Source: Dehalococcoidia bacterium (GTDB lineage: Bacteria > Chloroflexota > Dehalococcoidia > GIF9 > AB-539-J10). From it: 33,523 bases of DNA. The DNA is taken from the NCBI GenBank assembly GCA_029857995.1, contig JAOUFZ010000002.1:1-33523 (forward strand), written 5' to 3'. Shown here one piece after another: positions 16,156 through 25,739 of the stretch (position 1 is the first letter of the stretch; each line of letters starts with the position of its first letter). The notes under the pieces were generated by a model. The model was not told where the DNA came from and did not search any database. It saw only the letters and a program-made list of their open reading frames with translations. Both the position numbers and the translations under genes were made by a program.

Positions 16156-17289
16156 CTATTTGGGTGTTGAGAGTGTCCCGAACTGGGCGTGGGTGCGAAG
16201 AAAGCGGGCTACGTCTTCCCGGTTTATCATTCCAATGACTTTCCCTGCTTCCATTACAGGGATGTGATTGGTATTTTCCCCACTCATTTCCTGGAGCACG
16301 CCCAAGAGGTCTTGATCAGCATGAGCTACCTTGAGTTTGTTCGCTGGAGTCATGATATCTTGTACAGTGGTGGTTACCCAACCGGTGCGTGGGACTTTCT
16401 TTATCTGCTGCAGGGTAACCATACCTTCCAGCTCAGCTCCCCAGCTTATCAGGAAGCAATCTCGTCCTGTGGGCAATACATATTGCTCGACCAGCTCCGT
16501 TAAGTTCATGTGGGGAGGGACTAAGGGACTAGCATAGTCCGTCACCTGGCGTGCCGTGATACCGATAAGGGCATCGCGGAGCAAAACCTGCTGGTAACTG
16601 CCTCTGGCCGCATCACGGAGAAACCAGCCAATGAATATTAGCAACAGGCCATTAAACCACGGCAGGAATGGAGTAAAAATACTGGTAATGCCTACAGCCA
16701 TAAGGACATAAGCTATCCCCTGTCCCACTTTGGTAGCGATGCGGGTTGCTCTATGGTAATCGCGGGTCCTTTGCCACACGAAGGCACGAAATATTCTGCC
16801 TCCGTCTAATGGAAAACCGGGGATTAAGTTAAATACAGCTAAAAACACATTTATCCAAGCTAGCCACCACATTGAGCTAGCGGCCAGAATTTGATTGGTT
16901 GCGGCCAGTAGAAGATGCAATCCATAGAAAATGCCAGCTATAGCCAGGCTGGTTAAAGGGCCAACTATGGCTATTGAAAGCTCTGCTCTGGGGGTGGTTG
17001 CTTCCTTAGTTATCTGAGAGACACCGCCGAAAATAAAGAGGGTAATCTCTTTAACCGGGATATTGTTACGAATAGCCAGGATGCTGTGGGCTAGTTCATG
17101 GGTAATGACGGAAGCAAAAAAGAGCAAACTGGTTAATATGCCTAAAATTATCCTCTGCTCTATGGGGTAAGTTTGGTCTACGACGGAAAACACGAGTAAA
17201 AAGGTAACCCAGGCAAAGATGATAAACCAGGTATAATGGAGTCGCAGGGGAATACCAAAGACCCTACCTAAGCTTATATTACCCTTCAT
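16156..17289 (-). CDS. Site-2 protease family (M50) zinc metalloprotease with C-terminal CBS pair
   Basis: HELAHS zinc motif, NLIPGFPLDGGR motif, multiple TM segments and CBS-like C-terminus. ATG 17289 overlaps the agmatinase stop (ATGA). Confidence 0.88.
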   Translation of the reverse strand: MKGNISLGRVFGIPLRLHYTWFIIFAWVTFLLVFSVVDQTYPIEQRIILGILTSLLFFASVITHELAHSILAIRNNIPVKEITLFIFGGVSQITKEATTPRAELSIAIVGPLTSLAIAGIFYGLHLLLAATNQILAASSMWWLAWINVFLAVFNLIPGFPLDGGRIFRAFVWQRTRDYHRATRIATKVGQGIAYVLMAVGITSIFTPFLPWFNGLLLIFIGWFLRDAARGSYQQVLLRDALIGITARQVTDYASPLVPPHMNLTELVEQYVLPTGRDCFLISWGAELEGMVTLQQIKKVPRTGWVTTTVQDIMTPANKLKVAHADQDLLGVLQEMSGENTNHIPVMEAGKVIGMINREDVARFLRTHAQFGTLSTPK

Positions 17290-18212
17290 TGCCCTTCTTG
17301 CGGCACGGCACAACCGATAAACCTGTAAGCTAATTTAGCCAGTAGAAAAGCGCAAGAACCTGGCCCTTCCTGGGGGCAAAATTCCATTAAATCGAAGCCC
17401 ACTACATGCTTGTGAAGGGCAACTCCTTCTATTATATCCAGGACTTGCCGCCATGACATGCCGTCGGGCTCGGGGGTGCCTACTGCCGGCATAATGGAAG
17501 GGTCAAGGACATCTACATCTAAGGTGACATAGACATCTTCAGTAAGCGAGTCCGCTATCTGGTCAATGGAATCTGTATTCGATGCTAGGCCAGACATATA
17601 GAAAGGCGTCAGCTTGTTTTGCCTCAGGAATTGTTTCTCTTCCCAGCTAAGGCTGCGTACTCCTACCTGGGAGATAGGGCAAAGCTCGAAGATGCGCCGC
17701 ATAACACAAGCCTGACCATATTTGGTTCCCAAATATTCATTTCGAAGGTCAGCATGAGCATCTAGCTGCAACACGGAAAGTGCGGGAAATGCTTCATTGA
17801 AGGCTCGAACTGCTCCTAAAGAAAGGGAGTGCTCTCCACCGAGCAGCAGTACAAATTTCTCCTTCTGTATTAAGCCTTTCACCACTGTATAAACTCTGTC
17901 AATCATATCCTGGGGGCTGCTCAGCAATGGTTCTACCTGGGGCAGGGTAGAAATGCCAACCTTGTATATCTGGCGGTCCAGCTCTAAATCGTAAAGCTCC
18001 AAATACTGGGAGGCGTCGATAATAGCTTGCGGGCCATGGCGAGAGCCGCTTCGCCATTCGCTGGTGCTATCGTAGGGGACAGGCAGAATGACAGTCTTGG
18101 CTTGCTGTAGATTTGAATAGGGTGCTTCTAGTCCGGCAAAAACCTGGTGCGGCAGGAATGTCCCTTCATGCCAACCAGCAAAGGGCTCAGGGTGACAGTC
18201 ACGCTCGTTCAT
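17286..18212 (-). CDS. speB: Agmatinase (ureohydrolase/arginase family)
   Basis: GGEHS, DAHADL, SLDVDVLDP-type (TLDVDVLDPS) and GFDLMEF Mn-ligand motifs. The start is uncertain: ATG 18212 overlaps the upstream gene by 14 nt, while TTG 18272 overlaps it by 74 nt. Confidence 0.85.
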   Translation of the reverse strand: MNERDCHPEPFAGWHEGTFLPHQVFAGLEAPYSNLQQAKTVILPVPYDSTSEWRSGSRHGPQAIIDASQYLELYDLELDRQIYKVGISTLPQVEPLLSSPQDMIDRVYTVVKGLIQKEKFVLLLGGEHSLSLGAVRAFNEAFPALSVLQLDAHADLRNEYLGTKYGQACVMRRIFELCPISQVGVRSLSWEEKQFLRQNKLTPFYMSGLASNTDSIDQIADSLTEDVYVTLDVDVLDPSIMPAVGTPEPDGMSWRQVLDIIEGVALHKHVVGFDLMEFCPQEGPGSCAFLLAKLAYRFIGCAVPQEGQ

Positions 18213-18600
18213 GGTAGATAAAACTTCGGGGGTTTCCCACCGCTGTCTCTGCTTTGGGCCATTCTCTGTCAATTAGACAAGTGCGGAGCTTAACCAGCTC
18301 GAATCCCTCTTGAAAATCCTCTATTGCTTTGTCGGTGTCAAAATCCTTACAGGAGAAGACATCTATGTTAACGTAATTCCGCTCAACAAAGGTATGGATG
18401 CCAATGTGACTTTCCGCTATGAAGACGAATCCTGATATTCCCCAATCCTCTAACACTGGTCCTAGGTATCTAAGCACGTATGGAGGTGAAATCCTGGTCA
18501 TTCCAATCCTGGCGGGATAGTTTTCCAACCACTTCCGAAGGAAATCTTCGTCCCGGAGAATTTCTTGATTGCTGGAATAGCCGTCCATAATTAGGTGCAT
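18199..18600 (-). CDS. SpeH-type pyruvoyl-dependent decarboxylase proenzyme (AdoMetDC family; substrate uncertain)
   Basis: 133 aa; GISGFVFIAESHIGIHTF...NIDVFSC contains the E-S self-cleavage site of the small archaeal/bacterial AdoMetDC class. Its ATG overlaps the cinA stop (TAATG), with GGAGGT SD. Confidence 0.75.
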   Translation of the reverse strand: MHLIMDGYSSNQEILRDEDFLRKWLENYPARIGMTRISPPYVLRYLGPVLEDWGISGFVFIAESHIGIHTFVERNYVNIDVFSCKDFDTDKAIEDFQEGFELVKLRTCLIDREWPKAETAVGNPRSFIYHERA

Positions 18601-19820
18601 TAGACCTCCTCGAGCAGCATCTTTCTTAAATCAAACAGGGCGGCGTAAACTGCTCTTTGCTTCATTCTTGAACGATTTCCACGGAGCCGATGGGTGAAGG
18701 TTTGCTCGGATTTATCACAGCTTAAGCCTATATATGCTTCTCCGGAATTGTCATCGGAATTCGTATTACCCCCGACACCTATGCCGACATCGGTTCTCAG
18801 ATTCCTGCGTGCAGTCTCAGCCATTGCCTTAGCTACCCGAATGCTTTCCTTGCCATATCCATCCATAACGGCAGCATCCACGCCGCAAGCCATTTTAGCC
18901 TCATCACAGGAAGCCAGCAATCCTCCCTTGAAATAGGTGCAGCTTTCCCGGCCACTGGCAATGGTGCTGCATAAAAGCCCCTCGGTACAAGACTCCATAG
19001 TCGCCAAACTCCAGTTTTTGGCTCTGAGCAGTTCTCCAATGACGGAGCCCAGAGTATCATCGTCCACACCCCAAATATAGGGAGAAAGCACGTTGCGAAT
19101 TTGTTCTTCGCTTTGAGATATAAGGCGCTGCGCTTCTGTTTTCTCCTTTGCTTTGGCGGTAATACGCAGATAAACACCATCCGGGTTGATATAGGTAGCC
19201 AGAGTAGGGTTGGATAGTTTGGAAATATGCGCTACCATCTCATCTACCTTAGCTTCGGCCAGCCGAAAAGTCTTAATCACCCTGGATAGTATGACCTCTC
19301 CAGTTACTCTTTGCTCCAATTTGGGCAAAATGCCTTCTTGCCACATCATTTTCATCTCATCAGACGGCCCTGGTAAAGCTATAATTATGTGGTTGTCTTT
19401 CTCAACCCACCAGCCGGGCGCCGTGCCCATACGATTGGGGATTATTTGAGCCGAAGGGATAATAGTCGCCTGTCTTATATTGCTCTGTGGTATTTCCCCA
19501 AGATAGCGGCGGAGCAAATCCTGCAATTCTTGCCACAGTTTCTCATCGACTTTGAGTTCCTCATTGACTAGCTCGCTAATGGCCTCACGGGTAATATCAT
19601 CTTGAGTAGGTCCCAATCCCCCTGTGGTGACAATAATGTCTGCTCTCTTCCAGGCTCGTTTCAAGGTATCCACTAACCTTTTCTGATTGTCGCCTGCTGT
19701 GGAGATAAAATATAAATCGATTCCCAGCAAGGGTAATTGACTTGCTAAAAAGGAAGAGTTGGTATCAATTATGTTGCCCAGCAAGATTTCCGTACCAATG
19801 GGTATTATCTCTGCCTTCAT
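18600..19820 (-). CDS. cinA: CinA-family competence/damage-inducible protein (MoCF-like domain plus NMN deamidase PncC domain)
   Basis: 406 aa; MKAEIIPIGTEILLGNIIDTNSSFLA..., TTGGLGPTQDDIT, and C-terminal ...ESCTEGLL... PncC motif. Confidence 0.9.
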   Translation of the reverse strand: MKAEIIPIGTEILLGNIIDTNSSFLASQLPLLGIDLYFISTAGDNQKRLVDTLKRAWKRADIIVTTGGLGPTQDDITREAISELVNEELKVDEKLWQELQDLLRRYLGEIPQSNIRQATIIPSAQIIPNRMGTAPGWWVEKDNHIIIALPGPSDEMKMMWQEGILPKLEQRVTGEVILSRVIKTFRLAEAKVDEMVAHISKLSNPTLATYINPDGVYLRITAKAKEKTEAQRLISQSEEQIRNVLSPYIWGVDDDTLGSVIGELLRAKNWSLATMESCTEGLLCSTIASGRESCTYFKGGLLASCDEAKMACGVDAAVMDGYGKESIRVAKAMAETARRNLRTDVGIGVGGNTNSDDNSGEAYIGLSCDKSEQTFTHRLRGNRSRMKQRAVYAALFDLRKMLLEEV

Positions 19821-19853
19821 TTTCCACTCATAACCTGTCTGTTGACGGCTACT

Positions 19854-21149
19854 TCAGCATTTGGGTGCTGAGATGCCGAGGTATTCCTCTACTATCGCCA
19901 TGGCGCAATATTTGCCGCACATGCTGCAAGTCGCTCCGCTAGCTGGTATCCTGGCATGGATTTGCCGTGAGAGTTCTGGGTCCAGAGATAGTTCGGCTTG
20001 AGTCTTCCAATCAAAAGACTTGCGAGCTCTGGACATTTGTTCATCCCACTCTTTAGCACCTTTTACACCCTTGGCAATATCCCCGGCATGAGCAGCTATG
20101 CGAGAGGCGATCACACCTTCTTTAACATCCTGTATACCGGGGAGGGAAAGGTGCTCGGTGGGTGTAACATAGCACAAGAAGTCTGCGCCAGCGGCAGCGG
20201 CAATTGCTCCCCCAATAGCAGCAGTAATGTGATCGTAGCCGGCACCTACATCAGTTACTAGAGGCCCGAGGACATAGAAGGGTGCCCCACGGCAGAGGCT
20301 CTTTTCCAGTTGAACATTGGCGGCAATTTGGTCCAGTGGTAAGTGGCCAGGCCCTTCAACCATGGCTTGAACACCGGCTTCTCTGGCGCGTTCCACCAAT
20401 TCGCCAAGGATAATCAACTCTTGGATTTGAGCCCTGTCGGTGGCATCAGCCAAGCATCCAGGACGCAAGCCGTCACCCAGACTCAAAGCGAAATCATACT
20501 GGAAAGTCAAGTCCAGCAAGCGGTCATAGTATTGATATAATGGATTCTCCATGTCGTTATGGAGCATCCAGCCTATCAGGAAAGCTCCACCCCGGGACAC
20601 TATATCAGTCGTCCTACCCTGCTTTTTGAGTCTGGCCAGAGACGCTTGAGTCACTCCGCAATGGAGAGTCATAAAATCAACGCCGTCTTTGGCGTGTTCT
20701 TCTATCACTGCGAAAATCTCGTCCACAGTCATGTTTACGATGGCTCCACGATTCTCAATAGCTTCAATACCAGCCTGATAAATGGGCACCGTGCCCACAG
20801 GTACGGTACTGGCACGCATGATAGCCCTCCTGATAGCTGAAATATCGCCTCCGGTGCTCAGGTCCATCACAGTGTCAGCACCAAACTCGATGGTGGTCTG
20901 TAACTTCCTCAATTCCATGTTCAAATCACAGAAATCTGAAGATGTGCCTATGTTAGCATTGACTTTGGTTCTCAGGCCTCTGCCTATGCCACAAGGGATC
21001 AGATTTGTGTGATTAATGTTGGCCGGAATTATGATTTCACCCGCAGCTATGCCGCGGACGATAAAATCCGTCTGTACACTTTCCTTTTCGGCCACATGCT
21101 TTATCTGGGGTGAAACAGTACCTTTTCGCGCTAACTTCAGTTGGGTCAT
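19854..21149 (-). CDS. thiC: Phosphomethylpyrimidine synthase ThiC (radical SAM, short form)
   Basis: 431 aa; [29 protein letters not shown], and C-terminal CSMCGKYC (CX2CX4C cluster motif). Confidence 0.95.
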   Translation of the reverse strand: MTQLKLARKGTVSPQIKHVAEKESVQTDFIVRGIAAGEIIIPANINHTNLIPCGIGRGLRTKVNANIGTSSDFCDLNMELRKLQTTIEFGADTVMDLSTGGDISAIRRAIMRASTVPVGTVPIYQAGIEAIENRGAIVNMTVDEIFAVIEEHAKDGVDFMTLHCGVTQASLARLKKQGRTTDIVSRGGAFLIGWMLHNDMENPLYQYYDRLLDLTFQYDFALSLGDGLRPGCLADATDRAQIQELIILGELVERAREAGVQAMVEGPGHLPLDQIAANVQLEKSLCRGAPFYVLGPLVTDVGAGYDHITAAIGGAIAAAAGADFLCYVTPTEHLSLPGIQDVKEGVIASRIAAHAGDIAKGVKGAKEWDEQMSRARKSFDWKTQAELSLDPELSRQIHARIPASGATCSMCGKYCAMAIVEEYLGISAPKC

Positions 21150-21185
21150 CTTTCTAGAACCTCATGTAACTCACAGCAAAAATAA

Positions 21186-21214
21186 AGTATAGAACAGGGC
21201 GATTCTCAATGCAA
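21186..21214 (-). promoter_or_regulatory. Sigma70-like promoter upstream of thiC (TTGCAT-N17-TATACT)
   Basis: -35 at 21209-21214 and -10 at 21186-21191 (minus strand), leaving only about 36 nt between the -10 element and the thiC ATG. Confidence 0.5.
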
Positions 21215-21266
21215 ACGCGCCCCGGCAATGAAAAGACAGATAAAAGCGAGGAACCCACAGGCAAGT

Positions 21267-21980
21267 TTAAGTTAAAGCCCTCAAGGTTTCCTTCTGTATC
21301 TTGAACAACTTGACTATGCCTTGCCGTGCCAAAGAAAGCAAGGCATCAGCGGTTTCCTTAGTGAAGGGTTTACCTTCAGCGGTTCCTTGAACTTCCACAA
21401 ATTCATTCTTGTCGGTCATTACCACATTGAAATCAACTTCGGCTTGATAATCCTCTTCGTAGCAAAGGTCAAGCAGCATATTGCCGTTCACAATACCCAC
21501 GCTGGTAGCGCCTATCATCCTGCTTAATGGCATAAATGGCAGAACGCCTTGTTTTCTTAGGTTATGGAAAGCGTGATATAGAGCAACGTATCCACCCGTG
21601 ACAGCCGCTGTTCTGGTACCGCCGTCTGCCTGCAACACATCGCAATCTACCATAAACGTTCGCTCTCCCAGTATGGCTAGGTTAGTCGCGGCTCTTAAGC
21701 TGCGGCCGATAATGCGTTGGATTTCTTGGCTTCTTCCCTCTGATTTGTCGCGCGGCGTACGAGTAATAGTGGAGCGAGGCAACATGGCATATTCTGCAGT
21801 GACCCACCCCTGGCCACCACCTTTGAGAAAGTGGGGCACCCTTTCGTCCATGCTAACGGAGCACAATACCCTTGTTTTCCCCAGTTCGATCAAAGCTGAA
21901 CCCTCGGCGAAACTCTGATACCCCAAGATTATGCGCACGGGGCGAAGTTCATTGTCAGCGCGGTTGTCTATTCTCGGCAT
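21267..21980 (-). CDS. rph: Ribonuclease PH
   Basis: 237 aa; RIDNRADNELRPV..., GSALIELGKTRVLC, QADGGTRTAAVTG. Confidence 0.95.
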   Translation of the reverse strand: MPRIDNRADNELRPVRIILGYQSFAEGSALIELGKTRVLCSVSMDERVPHFLKGGGQGWVTAEYAMLPRSTITRTPRDKSEGRSQEIQRIIGRSLRAATNLAILGERTFMVDCDVLQADGGTRTAAVTGGYVALYHAFHNLRKQGVLPFMPLSRMIGATSVGIVNGNMLLDLCYEEDYQAEVDFNVVMTDKNEFVEVQGTAEGKPFTKETADALLSLARQGIVKLFKIQKETLRALT

Positions 21981-22037
21981 ACTAGAAGAAGTATAGCAGA
22001 CTATTTTGCAGTCTGGCTATCTATTTTGAGCTGTTGT

Positions 22038-22247
22038 TCACCGCCGCCCTCTTTTCTGGTAGGTCTCAACAAATCTTTCTATGGAGCGGTCGTAAGTCCT
22101 TTCCACATCGTCGGGGAAAAAGCAGGCCGGTAGCTCGTCTGACCGCAAATGATACTTTAGACATTCGCAGCAAATGCCTTTTCTGTTGCATGGCTCATAG
22201 GTACAGTTACAGTTTGCCTTGTTTTGCTCTCGAGTGCACTCTCTCAT
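22038..22247 (-). CDS. Small Cys-rich protein ([21 protein letters not shown] motif), function unknown
   Basis: 69-aa ORF with 8 Cys in the first 50 residues and GGAAGGAG SD. Resembles a DUF-type Cys-rich family, name uncertain. Confidence 0.6.
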   Translation of the reverse strand: MRECTREQNKANCNCTYEPCNRKGICCECLKYHLRSDELPACFFPDDVERTYDRSIERFVETYQKRGRR

Positions 22248-22403
22248 ATTCGCTCTCCTTCCATAGTTGTCTAGATTAATACTTCTTTGCTCCTACCTCG
22301 AAATGGTACCGAGTGGTTAGCATAGACGTAGCAAGCTGCCTCATTTTCACTAACATATGCTATCATATGCCAGAGTAGGAGTATTGGAAAGGCAGGCAGC
22401 GGG

Positions 22404-22916
22404 TTGCAGCTACCATTTGATGCTTATCTTGACATTGAGACTACAGGCTTGTGCTCGTTTTACGACGAAATAACCGTCATCGGCATCTGTTTGGCCTTTG
22501 ATGGTACGAATAAATTAGTTCAACTCGTGGGAAATGAAGTAACCAGAAGTAACTTGCTCAGGACCTTGCGCTGTGTGGAAACCATTTATACGTACAACGG
22601 CAGCCGATTTGATCTTCCCTTTATCAGCTTCCGGCTCGGGGTAAACCTGAGAGAGCACTTTCGTCACCATGACCTGATGCATGATTGCTGGAGGAACAAT
22701 TTGTATGGCGGGTTCAAGGTGGTAGAGCAGCAGTTAGGCATTCCTCGTCGGCTACGGGGTATCGGGGGTGCGCAGGCAGTGGTGCTTTGGTGGAGATATC
22801 AGATTGACCATGACAGAAAGGCACTGGATCTGCTATTGGAATACAACAAAGAAGACGTGCTTAATCTGCTGGCATTGAGGAAGAAACTGGAAAGGTTTTC
22901 AGAACCAATGTATTGA
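22404..22916 (+). CDS. RNase H-fold 3'-5' exonuclease (YprB-like)
   Basis: 170 aa; DIETTGL (Exo I), YNGSRFDLPF (Exo II), EYNKEDV (Exo III). TTG start; there is no in-frame ATG after the upstream stop at 22329. Confidence 0.7.
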   Translation: MQLPFDAYLDIETTGLCSFYDEITVIGICLAFDGTNKLVQLVGNEVTRSNLLRTLRCVETIYTYNGSRFDLPFISFRLGVNLREHFRHHDLMHDCWRNNLYGGFKVVEQQLGIPRRLRGIGGAQAVVLWWRYQIDHDRKALDLLLEYNKEDVLNLLALRKKLERFSEPMY

Positions 22917-22938
22917 TCTAAGGCATATCCTGTCGGTG

Positions 22939-23707
22939 TCAGCTCAACAAGAGCCCGAGCAAAGATCCTAAGAGTCGTGACAATCGCTTCAAGATTTCGC
23001 CCATAGCGGCCACTATCTCAGCCAGAGTCCAAAAGTCTTCTTGCACTTCGTCGCATGAAAAACCTTCATCGTGGCAATACAGGTCATTAAAGACCACGCT
23101 GATTTCATATTTATCCAGTCTGGAATCAAGATGCGATCCAGAAAAGAACGGCCGCGAGTACGATGAGAGTTGAGCAGGCGCTTGGGATTCTACCCTTCGC
23201 CACTCCCCATCGCGGTACCAATCTTCTATCACGAAGGCATGTCCATCCTCCTCACCATCAACACCGAGCGTCATATATCTGCTCCGCATCAATGCCATAG
23301 GCTCTAAGGAGGGAGCATAGTAGAGTAGAAAAGTCGTCGCAATCGCCGGTCAGGTAGGACAGCGTTTTTTGGGGTACTTGCCAATAGTCCTTCCCTCATC
23401 GTTCTCCACCAGATTCATACGCTATATTATCAGCGACCCAGTCTCGGATATCATCAAAGCCAGGTTGAGAGAGTGTGTAACGGGGGTCACCGAGGATATC
23501 TTGTAGAGCCTCCTTGACCGCCTGGCATTCGGGTGTGATGTAAGATTTGAATTCAGACTCTGTCGCCGGAAGTCAACTAGCAACAAGGCTCCCTGGGTAG
23601 ATGATGCGACTGACACTACTCAACCCAGACACGAGGAGCAAGCCAAGCAAAGCTCCACAAGCCAAAGCGAATAAGAAGCGCTTTTCTGGGCGCAAGGTTC
23701 CCGTCAT
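22939..23707 (-). pseudogene. Transglutaminase-like cysteine protease gene disrupted by two in-frame TGA codons and one frameshift
   Basis: One frame from ATG 23707 gives a signal-anchor (FLFALACGALLGLLLVSGL), then TGA (23573-23575), ...ITPECQAVKEALQDILG...DWVADNIAYESGGER, then TGA (23396-23398), then GKDYWQVPQKTLSYLTGDCDDFSTLLCSLLRAYGIDA (catalytic Cys box). It continues after a 1-nt shift near 23261-23300 in ORF 22939-23298 (...EDGHAFVIEDW...). Confidence 0.65.
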
Positions 23708-23751
23708 TTCAGTGATACCTGGTTTCTTTCCCAGGACTCAACCTGGGAATA

Positions 23752-24687
23752 TCATTTTCTCTTGACGGCTGATTTCACCAATTCTTCAATATCTGTGGGC
23801 GTCAATCCATATCTTTGAAGCAGTTCTTCAGCTTTGCCTGACATGGCATACCTGTCACCAAGATTGACGAATTCCATCGGCACTGGCTTCTCCTTGGCTA
23901 GTATCTGAGCAACTCGGCTGCCAAGACCACCTTGGGCTAAGTGCTCTTCGGCAACGACAACTGCGCCTGTCTCTGAAGCTGCTTTGACTATGGCTGCTTC
24001 GTCCAGAGGTTTAAGGGTATGTATGTTGATTACCCGGCAATCTATATTTTGTCTGGCTAAGATATCGGCCGCCTCCAAAGCCTTGGCCACCATGATGCCC
24101 GTGGCCATAATAGTTACGTCCTTGCCTTGTTTCATAGTCACTGCCTTGCCTAATGTAAAGTGATAGCCTTCGGGGTAGATAATCGGTGTCTTAGGGCGAC
24201 TTAGTCTGATGTAGAAAGGTCCGTAGGTATCTGCTGCTGCTCTTACTGCTACAGCAGTCTCTATAGCGTCTGCGGGAACGACCACGGTGAAACCAGGAAG
24301 GGCACAACACAACGCCAGATCTTCAATTGCTTGATGTGAAGTGCCATCCTCTCCTACGCTGATGCCACCATGCGTAGCTACGATCTTGACATTTAGATTC
24401 GGCTGAGAAATGCATAGCCTCAACTGGTCAAAACAGCGACAGACGACAAAAACAGCGAAGGTGCTGGCAAAGACGGTCTTACCCGAAGCAGCCAAACCAG
24501 CAGCTATACCGATCATGTTCTGCTCTTGCAGACCGCAGTTGAAGAAACGCTCAGGAAACTCCCGGGCAAAAAAATTAGTCATTGTTGAGGGCGACACATC
24601 GGCATCCAAGACAATAATGTCTTTGTTTTGTCTGCCTAGCTCTACCAGAGTTTTGCCGTAGATTTCGCGGGTAGACGCTTCAGCCAT
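23752..24687 (-). CDS. Transketolase, C-terminal (pyrimidine-binding) subunit
   Basis: 311 aa; FFNCGLQEQNMIGIAAGLA, THGGISVGEDGTSHQ. AGGAG SD. Confidence 0.92.
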   Translation of the reverse strand: MAEASTREIYGKTLVELGRQNKDIIVLDADVSPSTMTNFFAREFPERFFNCGLQEQNMIGIAAGLAASGKTVFASTFAVFVVCRCFDQLRLCISQPNLNVKIVATHGGISVGEDGTSHQAIEDLALCCALPGFTVVVPADAIETAVAVRAAADTYGPFYIRLSRPKTPIIYPEGYHFTLGKAVTMKQGKDVTIMATGIMVAKALEAADILARQNIDCRVINIHTLKPLDEAAIVKAASETGAVVVAEEHLAQGGLGSRVAQILAKEKPVPMEFVNLGDRYAMSGKAEELLQRYGLTPTDIEELVKSAVKRK

Positions 24688-24796
24688 ACTTACTCCTGTG
24701 CCCCATGAAAAATCCGCTTCACTCTTTTCAAGGGGAACCCCGGGATGTCAATCGCTAAATCTGGGGCCCACGAAAAACGGAGTCCTCCAGGGGTGG

Positions 24797-25696
24797 TCAC
24801 CCTAACTCCTTTAGTGCCTTTTCAGCTTCTTCCCGGGTAGGTGCTTTGCCGTGAAACACCACGTTGTTTTCCATGAAGCTAACCCCCTTGCCTTTAATAG
24901 TTCGGGCGGTGATCACAGTAGGCTTGCCTTTCATTTTGTCAGCTTTGAGGAAAGCAGCTAGGATTTGGTCAAAGTCGTGTCCGTCTATGTCAATAACATG
25001 CCAGCCAAAGGCTTGCCATTTCCGGATAAGAGGCTCAAGGTTCATAATGTCGCGAGTCCATCCGCTGAGTTGCATGCCATTGCAGTCAACCATAGCTGTC
25101 AGGTTATCCAGGTTGAACTGGGCTGCTGCAAGAGCTGCCTCCCAGGTCTGTCCCTCTTCACATTCTCCATCGCTAAGGAGAGCGTACGTTCGGTAGGTTT
25201 TAGAATCCAGCCTGGCAGCCAAGGCGACGCCAATGGCAAAGGACAGACCTATACCTAAGGAACCGGCCGACATTTCTACCCCGGGGGTGAGATTTCTATC
25301 GGTATGTCCTTGGAGGCGGCTATCCAGCCTTCTCAGCGTTGCCAGCTCTGCTACGGGAAAGTAGCCAGCTTCAGCCAGGGCAGCGTACAAGATCGGAGCA
25401 GCATGTCCTTTGCTCAATACAAATCGGTCACGCTCTGACCATTGCGGATTTTCGGGGTCATGGCGCAAAATTCTGAAATAGAGTGCAGTGATAATGTCGG
25501 CTGCTGACAGAGAGCCACCGGGATGCCCACTCCCTGCCGTAGCTATCATGGTGATTACATGACGGCGTAGCATTTTGGCCGTTTCCTTTAGCTCTGCCGT
25601 GGACAAGTTGAATTTGTTACTGGGGGAGGCGTTTCGAACGAATGCTCTCTTTGGCATGGGTTGAGTAGTACATTTTAACTCAAAATGGCTCACCAT
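24797..25696 (-). CDS. Transketolase, N-terminal (TPP-binding) subunit
   Basis: GSGHPGGSLS, LSKGHA, and LSDGECEEGQTWEA in place of the usual GDG. The start is uncertain (ATG 25696 or ATG 25657); neither has a clear SD. Confidence 0.9.
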   Translation of the reverse strand: MVSHFELKCTTQPMPKRAFVRNASPSNKFNLSTAELKETAKMLRRHVITMIATAGSGHPGGSLSAADIITALYFRILRHDPENPQWSERDRFVLSKGHAAPILYAALAEAGYFPVAELATLRRLDSRLQGHTDRNLTPGVEMSAGSLGIGLSFAIGVALAARLDSKTYRTYALLSDGECEEGQTWEAALAAAQFNLDNLTAMVDCNGMQLSGWTRDIMNLEPLIRKWQAFGWHVIDIDGHDFDQILAAFLKADKMKGKPTVITARTIKGKGVSFMENNVVFHGKAPTREEAEKALKELG

Positions 25697-25739
25697 GTCT
25701 AGGGTTACCGTGCTACCTTTGCACCAGGAGAGAGCATAT

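Noticed and set aside
20668-20677. Exact GTCATAAAAT 10-mer (first block of the 41-bp motif) inside thiC
   Set aside because: The downstream 31 nt do not match the rest of the motif and the site lies in the middle of a conserved coding region. I treat it as a chance match.
21150-21266. Possible TPP riboswitch upstream of thiC
   Set aside because: Only a weak GGGGCGC...TTGAGA...CCCTG resemblance is present. The pyrimidine- and pyrophosphate-sensor helices are absent, and the region is better explained as a sigma70 promoter.
23396-23575. Two in-frame TGA codons as selenocysteine or genetic-code reassignment
   Set aside because: TGA is used as a normal stop by several well-supported genes in this window (the kinase, the disulfide oxidoreductase, agmatinase and the SpeH-like gene). 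No hairpin resembling a SECIS element was evident. The same gene also carries a frameshift.
23422-23616. 64-aa track ORF on the minus strand
   Set aside because: A different frame over the same interval carries clear transglutaminase-like homology. This ORF has no SD and an implausible composition.
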